DNA of 63,970 nt, counting the filler, from Saprolegnia diclina VS20 (lineage: Eukaryota): assembly GCF_000281045.1 (NCBI RefSeq). It is 23 parts of 22 records of this genome, joined end to end, with 100 filler letters (N's around TTAATTAATTAA, not from the genome) between each part and the next. Parts side by side here need not be neighbours in the genome. Positions count along the whole stretch, not along the records: positions 13,904 to 17,015 come from NW_008246363.1; positions 17,116 to 20,131 come from NW_008246364.1; positions 20,232 to 23,279 come from NW_008246365.1; positions 23,380 to 26,336 come from NW_008246366.1; 19 more parts are not named here. The stretch is one strand, 5' to 3'. The position numbers and the translations under genes were made by a program. This document shows positions 13,914 through 26,436 of the stretch, in pieces (position 1 is the stretch's first letter; each line of letters opens with the position of its first letter). The notes below the pieces were generated by a model, which made no database searches, was not told the origin of the DNA, and worked only from the letters and a program-made list of their open reading frames with translations.

Positions 13914-16900
13914 ATGTCTCACGTCCCGACGAGTCCGCGCAAGCGCGCCACGTCGCAGGACTTTACGCCCGACCACGTACCGCTTGACCGCGTGCCGACC
14001 CCGACCATTATCCCGGACGAGTTCGACGACGTCGTGTCGCCTACCTGGCCCGAGCAATCCGCCGCGACGTCGACCGCTCCAAGCGAGACGGACCCACGCG
14101 ACACTCACGCCCAAGATGATCAAGATGCCCAAGGCGATCAAGATTATCAAGATGCTCAAGACGTTCAAGACGATCAAGGAACCGTACCGAGCTCCACGCA
14201 GCCTGCGCCCATGTACGACGCAGCTACCATCCAAGACATTATCGAGAAGGAAATCGCCGAGCGTACACGAAGACTCCTCGACGAACACGCGCGAGCCACG
14301 ACACAGCTCAATGAAGCGCACCGCGAGCACGTCCGCCAACTGCACGTCGTATTGCTCGAACGTGACAACCTGCGTCAAGAACTCGACTCTTCAACTCGCA
14401 CTGTGATGGCCATCAACGACAAGCTCAATGACCTCGATGCTCGACTGACCTCGTCCGAGACGTCACGCCAACACACCAACGCCGAGCTTAACGCCGCGCG
14501 TCATGCCTTGCATGCGTCTGAGCAACAACGCGACGTTGCGTTGGGCTACGCAAACAACTCCAAGACGGCACGCGACGAGCTCGCGCAGACACTCGCCGAC
14601 ACTCGACGTACCTTGAAAGAGGCCAACGCAGCTCGTGACGCGGCAGTCGCCATGGCGTCCTCGTCCGATCAAGACCGTGACACCGCGCATGCTTCTGCGA
14701 CTCGCCAACTCCAGAACCAACTTGCCGCGAGCCAAAACGCCTACGCTCAAGTGGTTGCTGAGCGTGACGCAGCTCGATGCGACGTCGTCGCGGCACACCT
14801 CGCGCGTGATGCGGCCGTCCAAGCCGCTCACACCGCAGTGGCCGACCTCGAGTTAGCACGCGCCGAGCACTCCGACGTGGTTGCAAACCTCGAACAAGAA
14901 TTCACCAACCTCTCGCTGGAACTCACCAAGACGCACGCCGCACTTCGTGGCGCTCACGTCTACTGTGCGCCCGCTCCGGCGCCGCCTCCGACCAGTCCGT
15001 TTGAACGCGACTTTGGCCACACCTACGCTCAGCCCGCAGACGCGCCCGTCTATCACCCTACGCCTCCCGGCGGCGGTGGTCTTCCTGGCGGCGGCGGCTT
15101 TCCTGGTGGCGGCGGTCCTCCAGGCGGCGGTGCTCCCGGTGGCGGCGGACCTCCCGGCCCTCCACACACGCCTCGCGGCGGTGGTACGCCTGGCGGTGGT
15201 ATGCCTGGCGGCGGTGGTCCTCCCGGTGTCCCGCCCGGCGGCGGTGGTCCTCCCGGTGGCGGTGGCCCTCCTGGTGGCGGTGGCCCTCCAGGTGGTGCTG
15301 GTGGCGGCGGCATGCCTCAGCGCCCTTACGCCCCGACGTACTCCAACCCGCCGAACCTGCGGACTTTCAAGGTCGACAAGTTCACGGGCGAGCCCGCGTA
15401 CCCGGGTTGCAGCGCAAACTTTCCCGAGCATCTCCAACTGCTTGAAGAAGCTATTCAGCGTGACGTGGCCTTCTACAACTCGCACTGGACGGACGAGCAC
15501 CGACGCCACGTACTTCTGGGGTCTCTCGGCACTGCACCCAAGTCCTTCTACAACAGCCACGTGGAGCAGTGGAAGGCTGCCAAGCCTGACTTCGGCCTCC
15601 ACGACCTCGTTACCCGGCTCACCGAACGCTATGCGTCGAAGCTCACGCACGACCAAGCTATGGAGTACATGCGGCAGCCCAAGAAGTACAACATGACGTG
15701 GGACGAGTTGGTTCGTTTCCTCCGTCACTTGCAGCGAGAAGTCAACGCACCGAACAGCCTCGTCCTCGACATGTTCGTCAAGTACGCCTGTCCCGAGCTC
15801 ACGCTCACTCTCACGACGCTTATCAACCCCAACCGTCGTGAAGACGCCGAGATGTTGGACGTCGTGGTTACCAAGTTGTCCCAACTCACTGGCTCTGGCT
15901 ACCAGTACGGTCGTCCTCGCTCGGCCACAACCCAGCCTACTCGCGACTCGCCCTACACCCCGCGCGCTCGCGCCAACGTCGCATCTGCGCCGGCGGCCGG
16001 TCGCGACGGACGTGGTTCCCACACTACCAACGGTCGTGGCGCCGAACACAGCGGTCGCACTGGACAAGGTCAAGATCAAGATCCAGGTCAAGGTCAACGC
16101 CCCGGTCACGCCCGTTCCGGCTCGCCAGGCCCGCCGCGCGCGCTTTATCAGTGCCCCGTCTGCCCCGACGAGTACCATTTCCCCAGTGACTGCCCTCGTT
16201 TCTTGGCACTGCGCCCTCCAAACGGTCGTGCCAACAACAGCGCCGGTCAAGTCGCGCCGGATACCGAGCCGACGACTGCTCGCGGCCGCCGCGCTCGCAA
16301 CCGCGACCGCCGAGAATCGACTGCCCGTGCCCAACTAGCCGAGGCCGATCTCGACGACCAAATTGCTGAAGAACTCGCGTTTGCCGGCTCCGTCAACGGT
16401 CTCTCGAGCGCTGCTGCTTGCGCCGGTTTGTCCTCCGGTACTTTTCTTTTGGACTCTGGCTGCACGCATCATCTCGTCAACGACGCGTCGATGATTCACA
16501 ACCCGACACCGTCGACACTGCGCGTCCAAGTCGCCAACAAGGACTACGTACACGCAACCGTTACTGGATCGATGCGCCTTAAATTCGCCGACACGGGTGC
16601 GGAACTCGTACTCAACGACGTCCACTGCGTACCCGACGTGCCCATGCACCTCATCTCCACGTCACTGCTGGACGACGAAGGCGTTTCTCAACTTTCGCAC
16701 GGTGGCACGCTGCTGATCATGACAGGTCACCAGCCGCTGACCACATGCAAGAAGATCGGCTCACTCTGGCCGCTCAACTGCACGGCCCTCGAGCTCATGC
16801 CTAGCATCACGCTCCCACGGCCGGCACCCATGCTTCGGTCGGACAAGGGGGGGGCATCCACCTCCAAGGCGTTCAAGTCCTACCTCGCCGACAAGGGCAT

Positions 16901-17015
16901 CGAACACCACAAGACGGTGAACCACGGCAGCCAGCTGCGCCGCATCCTGCGCTACCTCAAGGCGACGCGCACGTACGGTCTACACCTCGCGCCGCACCAG
17001 TCGGCCGGTCCGCTC
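13914..17015 (+). mobile_element. gag: Copia-type gag-protease ORF with internally deleted pol (non-autonomous derivative)
   Basis: Coiled-coil N-terminus, Gly/Pro tract, Gag core, CCHC knuckle CPVCPDEYHFPSDC (16152-16193), protease LLDSGCTHH (~16452); then a short integrase remnant (LRSDKGG...KGIEH) fused to an RT C-terminal remnant (LRRILRYLKATRTYGL). Confidence 0.85.
15053..15313 (+). repeat. Coding low-complexity repeat (PPGGGG)n within the Copia gag
   Basis: Tandem ~18-nt CCTCCCGGTGGCGGTGGC-like units. Confidence 0.9.
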
Positions 17016-17164
17016 NNNNNNNNNNNNNNNNNNNNNNNNNNNNNNNNNNNNNNNNNNNNTTAATTAATTAANNNNNNNNNNNNNNNNNNNNNNNNNNNNN
17101 NNNNNNNNNNNNNNNAGAAGAATCTTGACACAAAATAAAGAGTCCATCGTGGCCGTCCGTTTCT

Positions 17165-17545
17165 GTGCCGCATATGTTGACCGACGTGTCATTCCACCCG
17201 CCGAGATATCTGAAGTGGCGTCATTTCATTCCCGAGCACTGCAAAGCGGTGTCATGCAGTGGTCTATTGCAATCCAGATGACCTGCAATGACCTGTACAG
17301 TCTTCTCGCGAGGTGGCTCCAAGTCGTAGTAGTTGTTGAAGTCAAGGGTAGTGTGAACGAGACATGCAACACGCTATAGTGTAAGAGTTGACACTTGGAG
17401 AGCAAAAAGGATAGCAAAATGGTTAGAAAGGGGAGTGAGTGCGATAAAGTTTGTTGGCTTTGGATTGGGTACATGGCGACTCGATTCGACCAATATTTGT
17501 GGACTCAGAGAATCAAACTCGGCGCTCAAACGCCAAGAGAGTCGA
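17165..17545 (+). repeat. Left arm of a long imperfect inverted repeat (partner 19853-20131)
   Basis: 17165-17210 is the exact reverse complement of 20086-20131; 17403-17545 matches the reverse complement of ~19853-20020 with substitutions and indels. Confidence 0.85.
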
Positions 17546-17715
17546 GCCGCGTAAGTAAGCCACCATGCACCACATATTGCAGACAAAGGACACGGTCATT
17601 CCATGTAGTAATCGGCTGGCGATTCCAATATGACACTCTTTCGCTGACGTCAATATCGTCAATGAAGATTCAATTGTGTAACGTGGCATTTGTCAGCAAT
17701 TTTTCAAACCCGATA

Positions 17716-18612
17716 TTACCACGTGGCCGTGGGCACGGACGCGGCCATTGCGCCGACCTTGATCGAGCGAACACCGGTCGCCGACTTGAGATAGCAGACG
17801 CTGTCGAACAAGACGTATGCGTTGCACTGGCTGTTCTTCTTGCACGTCTCGCAGCACTGACCAATCATCGCGTTCACATCGCCCGTCACTTGGACAGTAC
17901 CAACGTCGTTGCCATAGTAGTCGTAGTTGACTTCGGGGCTGCTGCAGTAGCGGACGCTCGTGCCCGGCACCGGCGGTACAATCACGGTCGTCGCACCGTT
18001 GACAGTCCGGGGCGAGAGCGCGACGGTCTTGAGATAGCAGACGTTGTTGGCGAGCGTATAGGCGCCGCAGGTAGCAACCGCCTTGCAGCCGTCACAGCAT
18101 TGCTTGAGCATGTTGTTGAAATCACCGGTCGTGCCAAAGTTGGAGATGTCGTTGCCGTAGTAGTCGGTGTTGTAGATCGGTGCGCCGCAAGTGCGACCTG
18201 CCGACGGCGTCGGTGTAGGCGTCGGTGTAGGCGTCGGTGTAGGCGTCGGTGTCGGTGTAGGCGTCGGTGTCGTTGTAGGCGTCGGTGTCCATGTCGTATA
18301 CGCATTCAAAGACGACACGACACCTGGTGCTGCTCGGCGCCCGGCGTCCGATGCCTTGAGATAGCAAAAGCTGTTGGAGAGCGAGAAACCAATGCACCAC
18401 CGGGTTTTGCCGCACGCGTCGCAGCACGCTTGGAGCTGGTCGGCTTGGTTGCCCGCGACATACACCTTGGAGATGTCGTGACCGTAGTAGTCGAAGTTTG
18501 TCTCGGGTGCCGTACAGACACGGGGTGGTGCCGTCACGTTCGAGGTGGTCTGGGCGTCGATCGTGGTCACAGCCATCAACGCCAGAAGCGCGGTCGTCGA
18601 CTGCACGTGCAT
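17716..18612 (-). CDS. Secreted protein with three PAN/Apple domains and a (PT)n linker (CBEL-related lectin/adhesin)
   Basis: Signal peptide MHVQSTTALLALMAVTTIDAQ; three copies of C..P..N.DYYG.D...CC..C.....C......CYLK; TPTP linker; Inr-like GCTCATTTC upstream. Confidence 0.88.
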   Translation of the reverse strand: MHVQSTTALLALMAVTTIDAQTTSNVTAPPRVCTAPETNFDYYGHDISKVYVAGNQADQLQACCDACGKTRWCIGFSLSNSFCYLKASDAGRRAAPGVVSSLNAYTTWTPTPTTTPTPTPTPTPTPTPTPTPTPTPSAGRTCGAPIYNTDYYGNDISNFGTTGDFNNMLKQCCDGCKAVATCGAYTLANNVCYLKTVALSPRTVNGATTVIVPPVPGTSVRYCSSPEVNYDYYGNDVGTVQVTGDVNAMIGQCCETCKKNSQCNAYVLFDSVCYLKSATGVRSIKVGAMAASVPTATW

Positions 18613-19852
18613 ACTGTGGAGAGGTGGTTGGGTGGTCGTGAGGAACTCGTGAAATGAGCTCGACATAGTAGCGTACTCCTCCACCAACCTTACGAAGTGG
18701 TTGCAATGACAGCGTCGTTTCTGAACGGACGCAACAGTGTCGGCCATCCGTTTGACTTCCAACGGCAATCCGACCTGGCGGAGAACGCAGAGATTTGGAC
18801 AGAGCTCGCGGCTTGCTGCTTGCTCCGTGAGCCGGCCTTCGATAGACTAGTACGTTCTTAGCAATCTGGGGCAGGAGGCAGGTATGCATGCCCTTATGCG
18901 CCGACAATGATGTGCTGAGGATCACTCTGTATCAATAAGCATCAGGCGGTCTTTGGCGGGATATTGTTGTAAGTTGGGCTAGTAGCCCATCCTCGGCCAA
19001 TCAAATGCGTGATGCGCAAATCGAATCGCCGGATCAAGATGGGATAGTCCTGTCCGAGACGAGTCGTGAGATGCGCTGTACTCAATTTGAAATGAGTCCG
19101 TAAGCTCCTTGGTTGAAGCTCCACCGAAGAGATATGCATGGACTGTGTACAGGACTGGACTGTGTATGGCAACTTGTGTGTGCCTCTGGCGAGAGCTTGC
19201 AAGTATTTCTCCGACGCTCTTGGCTTGGATTGGCTAAAAAAGAACCATAAACGCATTTGATTGGCTCCGGCGTCGCATTTGTGCGACTTGGGAGCGTGCC
19301 ACGTCACCACACTCGGCGAGCGCGTGTCGTTCCTCGTTGGACCATGTCAAACCCGGGAGGCAGTCGCGTGACGTCGAGCGCGACGACATGGGCGGCACGT
19401 TCAACATGGCGACAGCAACATGAAAAACAGGCGCTTGGGTTGCACTGTTCAATCCGAGCGGCAGCTGTTGTTCGGGTCGTGTTGACACCGAGACTTGCTG
19501 TTCTCATGCTTTCAGTGTGGACAAAGTTAGCGTCACTACCCCCAGTACCAACCGCCTCTCGCTCCTCTGAAGCGGAATGGCATCGGTCATTATGGACCGA
19601 CGTAAGTGCCCACACTTCAAGGATCTCGGAGTCCTAGCAATTGAAACCCCTGGCGAATTCGAATATGCTTAAGGTCAAAATGGGTGCATGGTGGCACCCT
19701 ATCTTCTGTGTAAATTCAACGTTTTGCTTGCTGCTGAGAGCGTTCACATGTTCGCGCCGCTCGTACGTATTGCAGCGACACAACGCGTCAGCTGAACAGC
19801 GTACATTATGGTGGCTGCATGGTTGACAACGAGAACAATGACCACGTTGCAC

Positions 19853-20131
19853 GGCTCTCTTGACGCTTGGGCGCCTAGTTTGTCGGTACCGTATCGGGCA
19901 ATTAGTCAAGAAGGATTTGTCGAATCGAGTTGCCATGTACCCAATCCAAAGCCACCAAACTTCATCGCACAAACCACACCCCTCTTTCGATCCCTTTACT
20001 ATCCTTTTTACTATCCTTTTTGATACATAATTCCTCCTCGTACTAGTATCCGTTTTGATAGCGCTTCGCACGCGCCGTCGCCTCTGATATCTCGGCGGGT
20101 GGAATGACACGTCGGTCAACATATGCGGCAC
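19853..20131 (-). repeat. Right arm of the inverted repeat, cut by contig end
   Basis: Reverse complement of the 17165-17545 blocks. Confidence 0.85.
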
Positions 20132-20231
20132 NNNNNNNNNNNNNNNNNNNNNNNNNNNNNNNNNNNNNNNNNNNNTTAATTAATTAANNNNNNNNNNNNN
20201 NNNNNNNNNNNNNNNNNNNNNNNNNNNNNNN

Positions 20232-21331
20232 GTGATCAAGATCAAACTGCCCACAGTCTGCGTCTTGGAGTTGCTCGTGGCGAGGGCCGCGTCGCAAAAC
20301 TGCTTCTGAACGCGCGGTTTGTCCCAGCCGTTGTGGATCGTCTCAAAGTGCGCAAACTGGATCGAGCTGCAGCAGGGCGCGTGCTGGTGCGCAAAGCCCC
20401 AGTAGAGCAAGTCGGTCGACGAGAGCGACGCGTCGAAAAAGTTACCAACACCATGCACAAACAAACACGGCTTCTTGGGCCCTTTGCAACCACACGAGAA
20501 ACCGAACAGAGCGACCGTCCGAACATTGCCCTTGACGACATCCCAAACCGCTGCCGTCGACTCGGCGAGCGTCGCCGACTCCGGTGCCACAGTCGAGGGG
20601 GACACGACCACCGGGCAGCTGAGCGGAGCAGAACCGGGGACGTGAGGCACATCAAAGTCGGGGATCACCGTCGGGTCCGCGAGGTACTCGATCGTAATGT
20701 CCAAGTCACTTCCCGTCGCGTGCGTGAGCTTGTTCTCGGGCGAGTTGCAGAAAACGAACGACTCGCCTGCAAACGTAAGCTGAAGAAGCTGACCACCGTC
20801 GCAACTTGCGGTAGACGACGCTCCTTCGATTGCATCAACAACTTTCGACTGCGCAAGACTTGTTTGCATGAGCTGGACGGGTGGCACTTGCGATGCGGTG
20901 AGGCATTGCGCCGACACCACGACCCCGTTCTGGACCGACGACGTGTACGCGCGGCCGCCCAACAGCACGTAGTTTTGCGTCACGTTTTCGCCCGCTTGCG
21001 ACAAGAACGCGTCAAACGACACCGCCCCCGTCGCACTCGCCTTGTGCGGAATCACATACACTTGTGCCGAGGTCTGGCCGTTGAAGTCCATGCTCGCACG
21101 CTTGGCGGTGAGCGTCACGAGGAGGCCGGGTGCTTGCTGCAAATTGGTCGTGATGGCAGCGGCGTTGTTGCGCACCTTGTGCGTGAAGACGACGAGGGCA
21201 CCGACAGACGCGCAGACGACGCCGCAGAAAACGACGGCGCCGACGATCCAGCGCAGCTTGGCGCGGCGGCGCGGCGTGGGCTGGTCATCGTCAGCAATGA
21301 TCGGGTCCTCAAGTTTGGGCGAGAACTGCAT
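20232..21331 (-). CDS. Oomycete membrane-anchored protein with probable C-terminal alpha/beta-hydrolase-like domain, 3'-truncated
   Basis: N-terminal TM helix (WIVGAVVFCGVVCASVGALVVF); CGCKGPKKPCLFVHGVG...YWG...HAPCCSS motif of an oomycete family. Confidence 0.75.
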
Positions 21332-21341
21332 ATTGCAAAGG

Positions 21342-21357
21342 AAATTGAAAACTGAGC
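21342..21357 (-). promoter_or_regulatory. Oomycete Inr/FPR core promoter element
   Basis: GCTCAGTTTTCAATTT, one mismatch to consensus GCTCATTYYNCAWTTT, 10 nt upstream of the ATG at 21331. Confidence 0.6.
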
Positions 21358-23135
21358 ACTTTGGCGCAATTTCGTGTCAGCGCCACCACATCACAGGGTT
21401 TCAAAGGTGGTTCAGAACTGTATCTTGGGTGCGAAAGACAGCTTCAAGCAATCCTCCGTGGCGGAAGGGTGCCCAACGGGATTGACGACGGCCGTTGGTT
21501 TGAACCCATGGACGACGACGCTCGGCTACTTTGGTGTACCGGTATGCGAGGCGGCGATAGTCAAATCAACTCAGACAAGTGTACGTTGTCGAGTCGACAG
21601 CGCCAAACTTTGTGGGTGCACTTGTGTAACCGCTCAATGTTGGCCTCGCCACCGTGAACCCACTTGCTTGCATTAGATTGGCTGCAGCATTTGTACCGGT
21701 AACGCAAATTGGTCTTGTTTGATGGGCCGGAAAATGTCCACATGAGCAGTTTGCAGCCTTTTCGTGAGCTTCTCTTCCCGTTGTGCACTTCAGGTTGCAG
21801 AGGCGACCTCCAGCACTGTTATAGCAAGGGTTTATTGACCCTTGCTTATCTTTCCGGTAGGGTGAGAAGCACTGACGCCCGCTAGTATCCTTTCATGGTT
21901 TGCAAGGGTCGTCGTCACTCAAAATCTGAGATGCGTCTGTCTTTGTTATATCAACAACCACCGTCAGATCGCTTGTGCGCGTATCGATAAGGTGAGCAGA
22001 ACGAACGTCCCTTCCAGGCGTGCACATATAGCACTCGATACACTTGCTAATGAAACGATGGAATGCGTTAGAGAGACTGCGAGGCGAAGAAAACTGCCAC
22101 AGTAAACTAGACACATGGATACTTAGCGCAAGGGTCATTATAAGGTTATTGACCCCCGACCAGAGTGTAGTGGGTGTTGTTGTCGTGTGTACCTGATTCG
22201 ACGTATACGTGTCCTGGCAGCGGCTGGTCCACGGTTCTGCCTATGCCTCTTGAAACAGTGCCGCATTCTTATACGGGCGCTGAGCAATCTGAGCGCAATC
22301 CTGCGTCAAGGGTCCGTCGCGTCCCACCACGACCCTCGAACTCAGATCGACCATCTGGTCGTGGAACGTGCGGCCAGGACAACGAGACCACGACCACGCC
22401 CAACTCAGATACCGTGTTATCGGAATCAGTCCTGATTTATGTTGCGTCAACAGCGCCTTCGCCACGGTATGCGAGTTTCTTGTTTCTTCTCTATCTTTTC
22501 TGTTGATCAGTGCATTGATAAAGCAAAGACATGTCAAAGGCGACCAGAACCAAGGAGCTAATCGTGGGATACCAGGGGTGGGATATGCCACGCGCGAAGC
22601 AGAAGCTACTTGACGACCAACGCTCCTTGCATCCGTGGGTGTCCCCGCGTACTTTTGTTGCACGAACAATGTTGCGTCAACCTCAACACTTTGGGTCGCG
22701 ACCACTTCAACGACGCTCAACTCGACCGATGATGCAGCGTCGTCTGCTTTTGGTTTCGGTGACAGCATACGACCGGATACGCTGCTAGCAGGACGTGGCC
22801 ATGATGTGTCGAGAGAGCATGTCCGAGCCTACTCGAGCACAATTGCACAATTGTGGGTCCGGCAGTGTTGATTCATGCAGCATGTGGTGCAGGGTTTCAG
22901 AGACTGCGCAAATATGTAGTGGGTGAAACACATAAACACTTAGTTGGCTCTGAAAGAAGCGCGGTTTAAACCTACTTGCACGTCTGGCTTTATGACGAAT
23001 GTAAAGCCTTGGTATATATGCCCTATGGCGGCGCGCAAAAATCGCTTGCGTTGGTCAACGGACAAATGTACCGGTAATACAATCAAAAATCAAACGTCAA
23101 CGAATTGCATCGCAGGCAAAAGCGTGTGCTGCGAT

Positions 23136-23279
23136 TTACAAGGCGCACTCGAGCCACTTGACGGGCTTGCGGTCGCTGCCCCACCATCCGTCGCCGTTGC
23201 GGAAGGTCGCGTCGGCATGGTTGATGCTCGCGACGTAGTTGCCCGACGCCGTCGGATCGGTCGAGAAGCCGCTGAGACC
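23136..23279 (-). CDS. C-terminal 47 aa of an upstream gene, probably a tandem paralog of the 20232-21331 family
   Basis: Translates as GLSGFSTDPTASGNYVASINHADATFRNGDGWWGSDRKPVKWLECAL*, like the NH.D..FRNGD...PVKW.EC.L terminus recalled for this family; not in the ORF track. Confidence 0.65.
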   Translation of the reverse strand, partial: GLSGFSTDPTASGNYVASINHADATFRNGDGWWGSDRKPVKWLECAL

Positions 23280-23379
23280 NNNNNNNNNNNNNNNNNNNNN
23301 NNNNNNNNNNNNNNNNNNNNNNNTTAATTAATTAANNNNNNNNNNNNNNNNNNNNNNNNNNNNNNNNNNNNNNNNNNNN

Positions 23380-26336
23380 AAGAGCGCCATCATGAGGCTG
23401 CTCTTGCCTGCGCCGGTGCGGCCCACGATGCCAATCTTCTCACCCCCCGCGACCTCGAACGAGACGTGCTTGAGCACGAGCGGGTCGTTAGGCTTGTAGC
23501 GGAAGCTGACGTTGTCAAAGGTGACGACACCGGTCGTGGGCCAGTTGGCGGTGGCGACAGAGGTGACGCGGGCGCCCTCGGACTCGATCGCAATGTACTC
23601 TTGGATGCGCTCGGGTGCGATCATGGACGTCTCGAGCTGGGACCAGAGGCCGACAAGCAAGGCCAGCGTGCCCGGAATCGAGAGACCGTATGTGATCAAG
23701 AGGCCGACGATCCCGGGGCTCACCGACTCGTGGAGGAAGACGAGCGCCAGCAAAATGAGCGCGACAATCGTGCTACCGAGAAGCGACATACGCAGCGAGA
23801 ACCACACGGTGATGGCGGTGATGGCCACGCGGGCTTCAGAATACGTCTCGATCTTTTGCGTGTTGAGCCGGTAGAAGCGGCGGAGCTGCTTGTCGCCAAA
23901 TGCGCGGATCGTCGTCGAGCCGTCAATGCCTTCCGAGACGGAGCTGATAAGCGGCGACCGCGTCGTTTTGAAAATGCGACCAACTTCACGCAGCGGCTCC
24001 AAGAAGAACGCACCGAGAGTGATGTAAATGTAAAGAAGCGGCAGCACGAGGATCCCGAGCCAGCGCATGAGCACGATCGTCGTGCCGAGCGCCGCGAGCG
24101 TCGACGAGACTTCAAACAGCATCGGGCCGAGCGAGAGCGGGATGCCAAAGTCTACTGCCATGATGTCGTCACCAAACCGGTTGAGGACGCGCCCGATCGG
24201 GTTGGTGTCGAAAAAGCGCATCGGCGCCTCCAAGAGACTGCGCAACATGCCGTCAAACATGCGCTGGGACCCGACGAGGCCGAGCTCCACGACGAGATAC
24301 GTCTGCGCTGCCACCATGAGGCAGCTCCCGATGGCGAGGCCCGCGTAAATGTCCATGTTGCTGTCGACGGTCATGGTGGCGTTGGCTCCCTGCTGGACGT
24401 TGTTGGACCAATACGTGAGCCAAAAGTCACTGCCGACCTTGAGCACTTGCGTCAACAGCGTCAAGACGATGATCGCAGCGACCGCGGGGGCGCCGCCAAT
24501 GCTTTGAACGTAGCCGTAGATGACTTCCTTGGAGACACGCCCTTCAGCCCGCTCTTCGTCGGCGATGAGACGACCCGACTCTTCAAATGACTCTCCCGCA
24601 GCCGGCTCGCGCGGCGTGTACAGCATCTCGCGCGCGTTGTAGCTGTACGGCGTGCGCAGCGACGGCGTCACCAGCATCTCGTGGCGCGGCCCCGGCGCCG
24701 GGTACTCGATGATCTCCGACTCTTCCCAGTACGGCGTCCGGGCCTTGAGCGGCGTCACCGCCGACGTTGCTTCTTGACGCGTGCGCGGCGAGTCATGCGT
24801 TGACTCGATGAGCCGGCCGTCTTGCACCAGCAGCGTCCGGGCGACCGCCGCCGACTCGATGATCTCGGGGTTGTGCGTCACGAGCAGCACTGTCTTCTTG
24901 GCCAAGAGGCCGAGGAAACACTTGGTGAAGATCTCGCTGGCCACGATCGCGTCGACGGCCGACAAGGGCGAGTCCAAAATGAAGATGTCGGCGTCGCTGT
25001 AGCAAGCTCGGGCCAAAGCGATGCGCGCTTTCTGGCCGCCGCTGAGGTTGATGCCCTTCTGGCCAATCTCGGTGCGGTCGCCGGCCGGCAGCGACGCGAG
25101 ATCGCTCTGCAGCGCACACGCGTCGAGGACCTTTTGGTACGTGCTGCGGTCGTACGGCTTGCCAAAGAGAATGTTTTCGCGGATCGTGGTGTTTTGGATC
25201 CAAGCCTGCTGCGCAAAGTAGGCCACTTGGCCGCCGACAAACACCGAGCCAGTGAGCTTTTGCATCTCGCCGAGGAGCGCCGAGCAGAGCGACGACTTGC
25301 CTTGGCCGACCGCGCCATGCAGCACGACGAGCTCGCCGCGCGTGATGCGGAGATTGACGTTCGTGAACGTGGGCGTCGTGGTGCTGTCCCACGTGAACGA
25401 GGCATTGTCGATGGCGAGCACGACCTGGTCCTTGGCGTAGACGGACGCGATCGGGTCGGACGGCGTCGAGACGTTGGTCGGGTCCACTTCGTCCATCAAG
25501 AGCACGTCGTTGATGCGCTTGGCCGAAACAAGCGACTGGACCATGGCCAAAATCACCATCGGGAGGTTCACAAGCGCATCTTGGAGCGACTTGAAGAGCG
25601 CGAGCGTCGAAAAGACGATCGTGACCGTCAGTGCTTGCTGCATCCAGAGCGTGAACGTCGCGAAGACGACGACGGTGACGAGCACGGGGGTGCAGTTCAT
25701 GAACGAGATGAGGACAACGATGATGCGCATGAGCTTCTTGGTCGATTCAAACTCGATGACGCGGAGGTTGCGGATCTTGGCGAGGAACTTTTCTTCCCAC
25801 GCGTTGAACTTGATGATCTGAATCGCGCCAAAGATCTCGTTGATGACCTTCATGCGGTCGTCCTTGAGCTTGAAACAGCGTTCTTGCTCGCTAGCCATGA
25901 GGCAGGCGAAGATGCCGTTGATGACCAGGATGAGAACGACGGCGCCGAGGCCGACAAAGATGGCCCAGCCCACGATCGTGTAGAGGAGATGGAGGACAAT
26001 TGCGATTTGAAGCGGTACGATCCACATCGAGTGGATGCTTGTCGCAAAGCTCATGACGTTGTAGGTGTCGATCAAAAAGAGGTTGGCAATATCACCGGCG
26101 GTCTTCTCCTTCTTGGACGCGGCGTCCAAGCGCAGAGCCTTCTTGAAGAGCATCGAGCGCAGCGCTGAAGAGAACTGGATGCCAATGACGTCGTTGAGGT
26201 ACGTCAAATGACCCTTGACGAACGCGGCCGTCACTTGAACCAGGTAGAGCGACCCAATGAGCTGGAGTACGTACGTCGTGTCAAGAACGGGCGCCTCGAC
26301 AGCGCGAATGATCTTGCCGAGGACGTAGCCAGGACC
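23380..26336 (-). CDS. ABCC/MRP-type ABC transporter, internal fragment (TMD1-NBD1-TMD2-start of NBD2)
   Basis: GAVGQGKS, TEIGQKGINLSGGQKAR, ILDSPLSAVD, FFDTNPIGRVLNRF, GRTGAGKS. Confidence 0.95.
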
Positions 26337-26436
26337 NNNNNNNNNNNNNNNNNNNNNNNNNNNNNNNNNNNNNNNNNNNNTTAATTAATTAANNNNNNNN
26401 NNNNNNNNNNNNNNNNNNNNNNNNNNNNNNNNNNNN

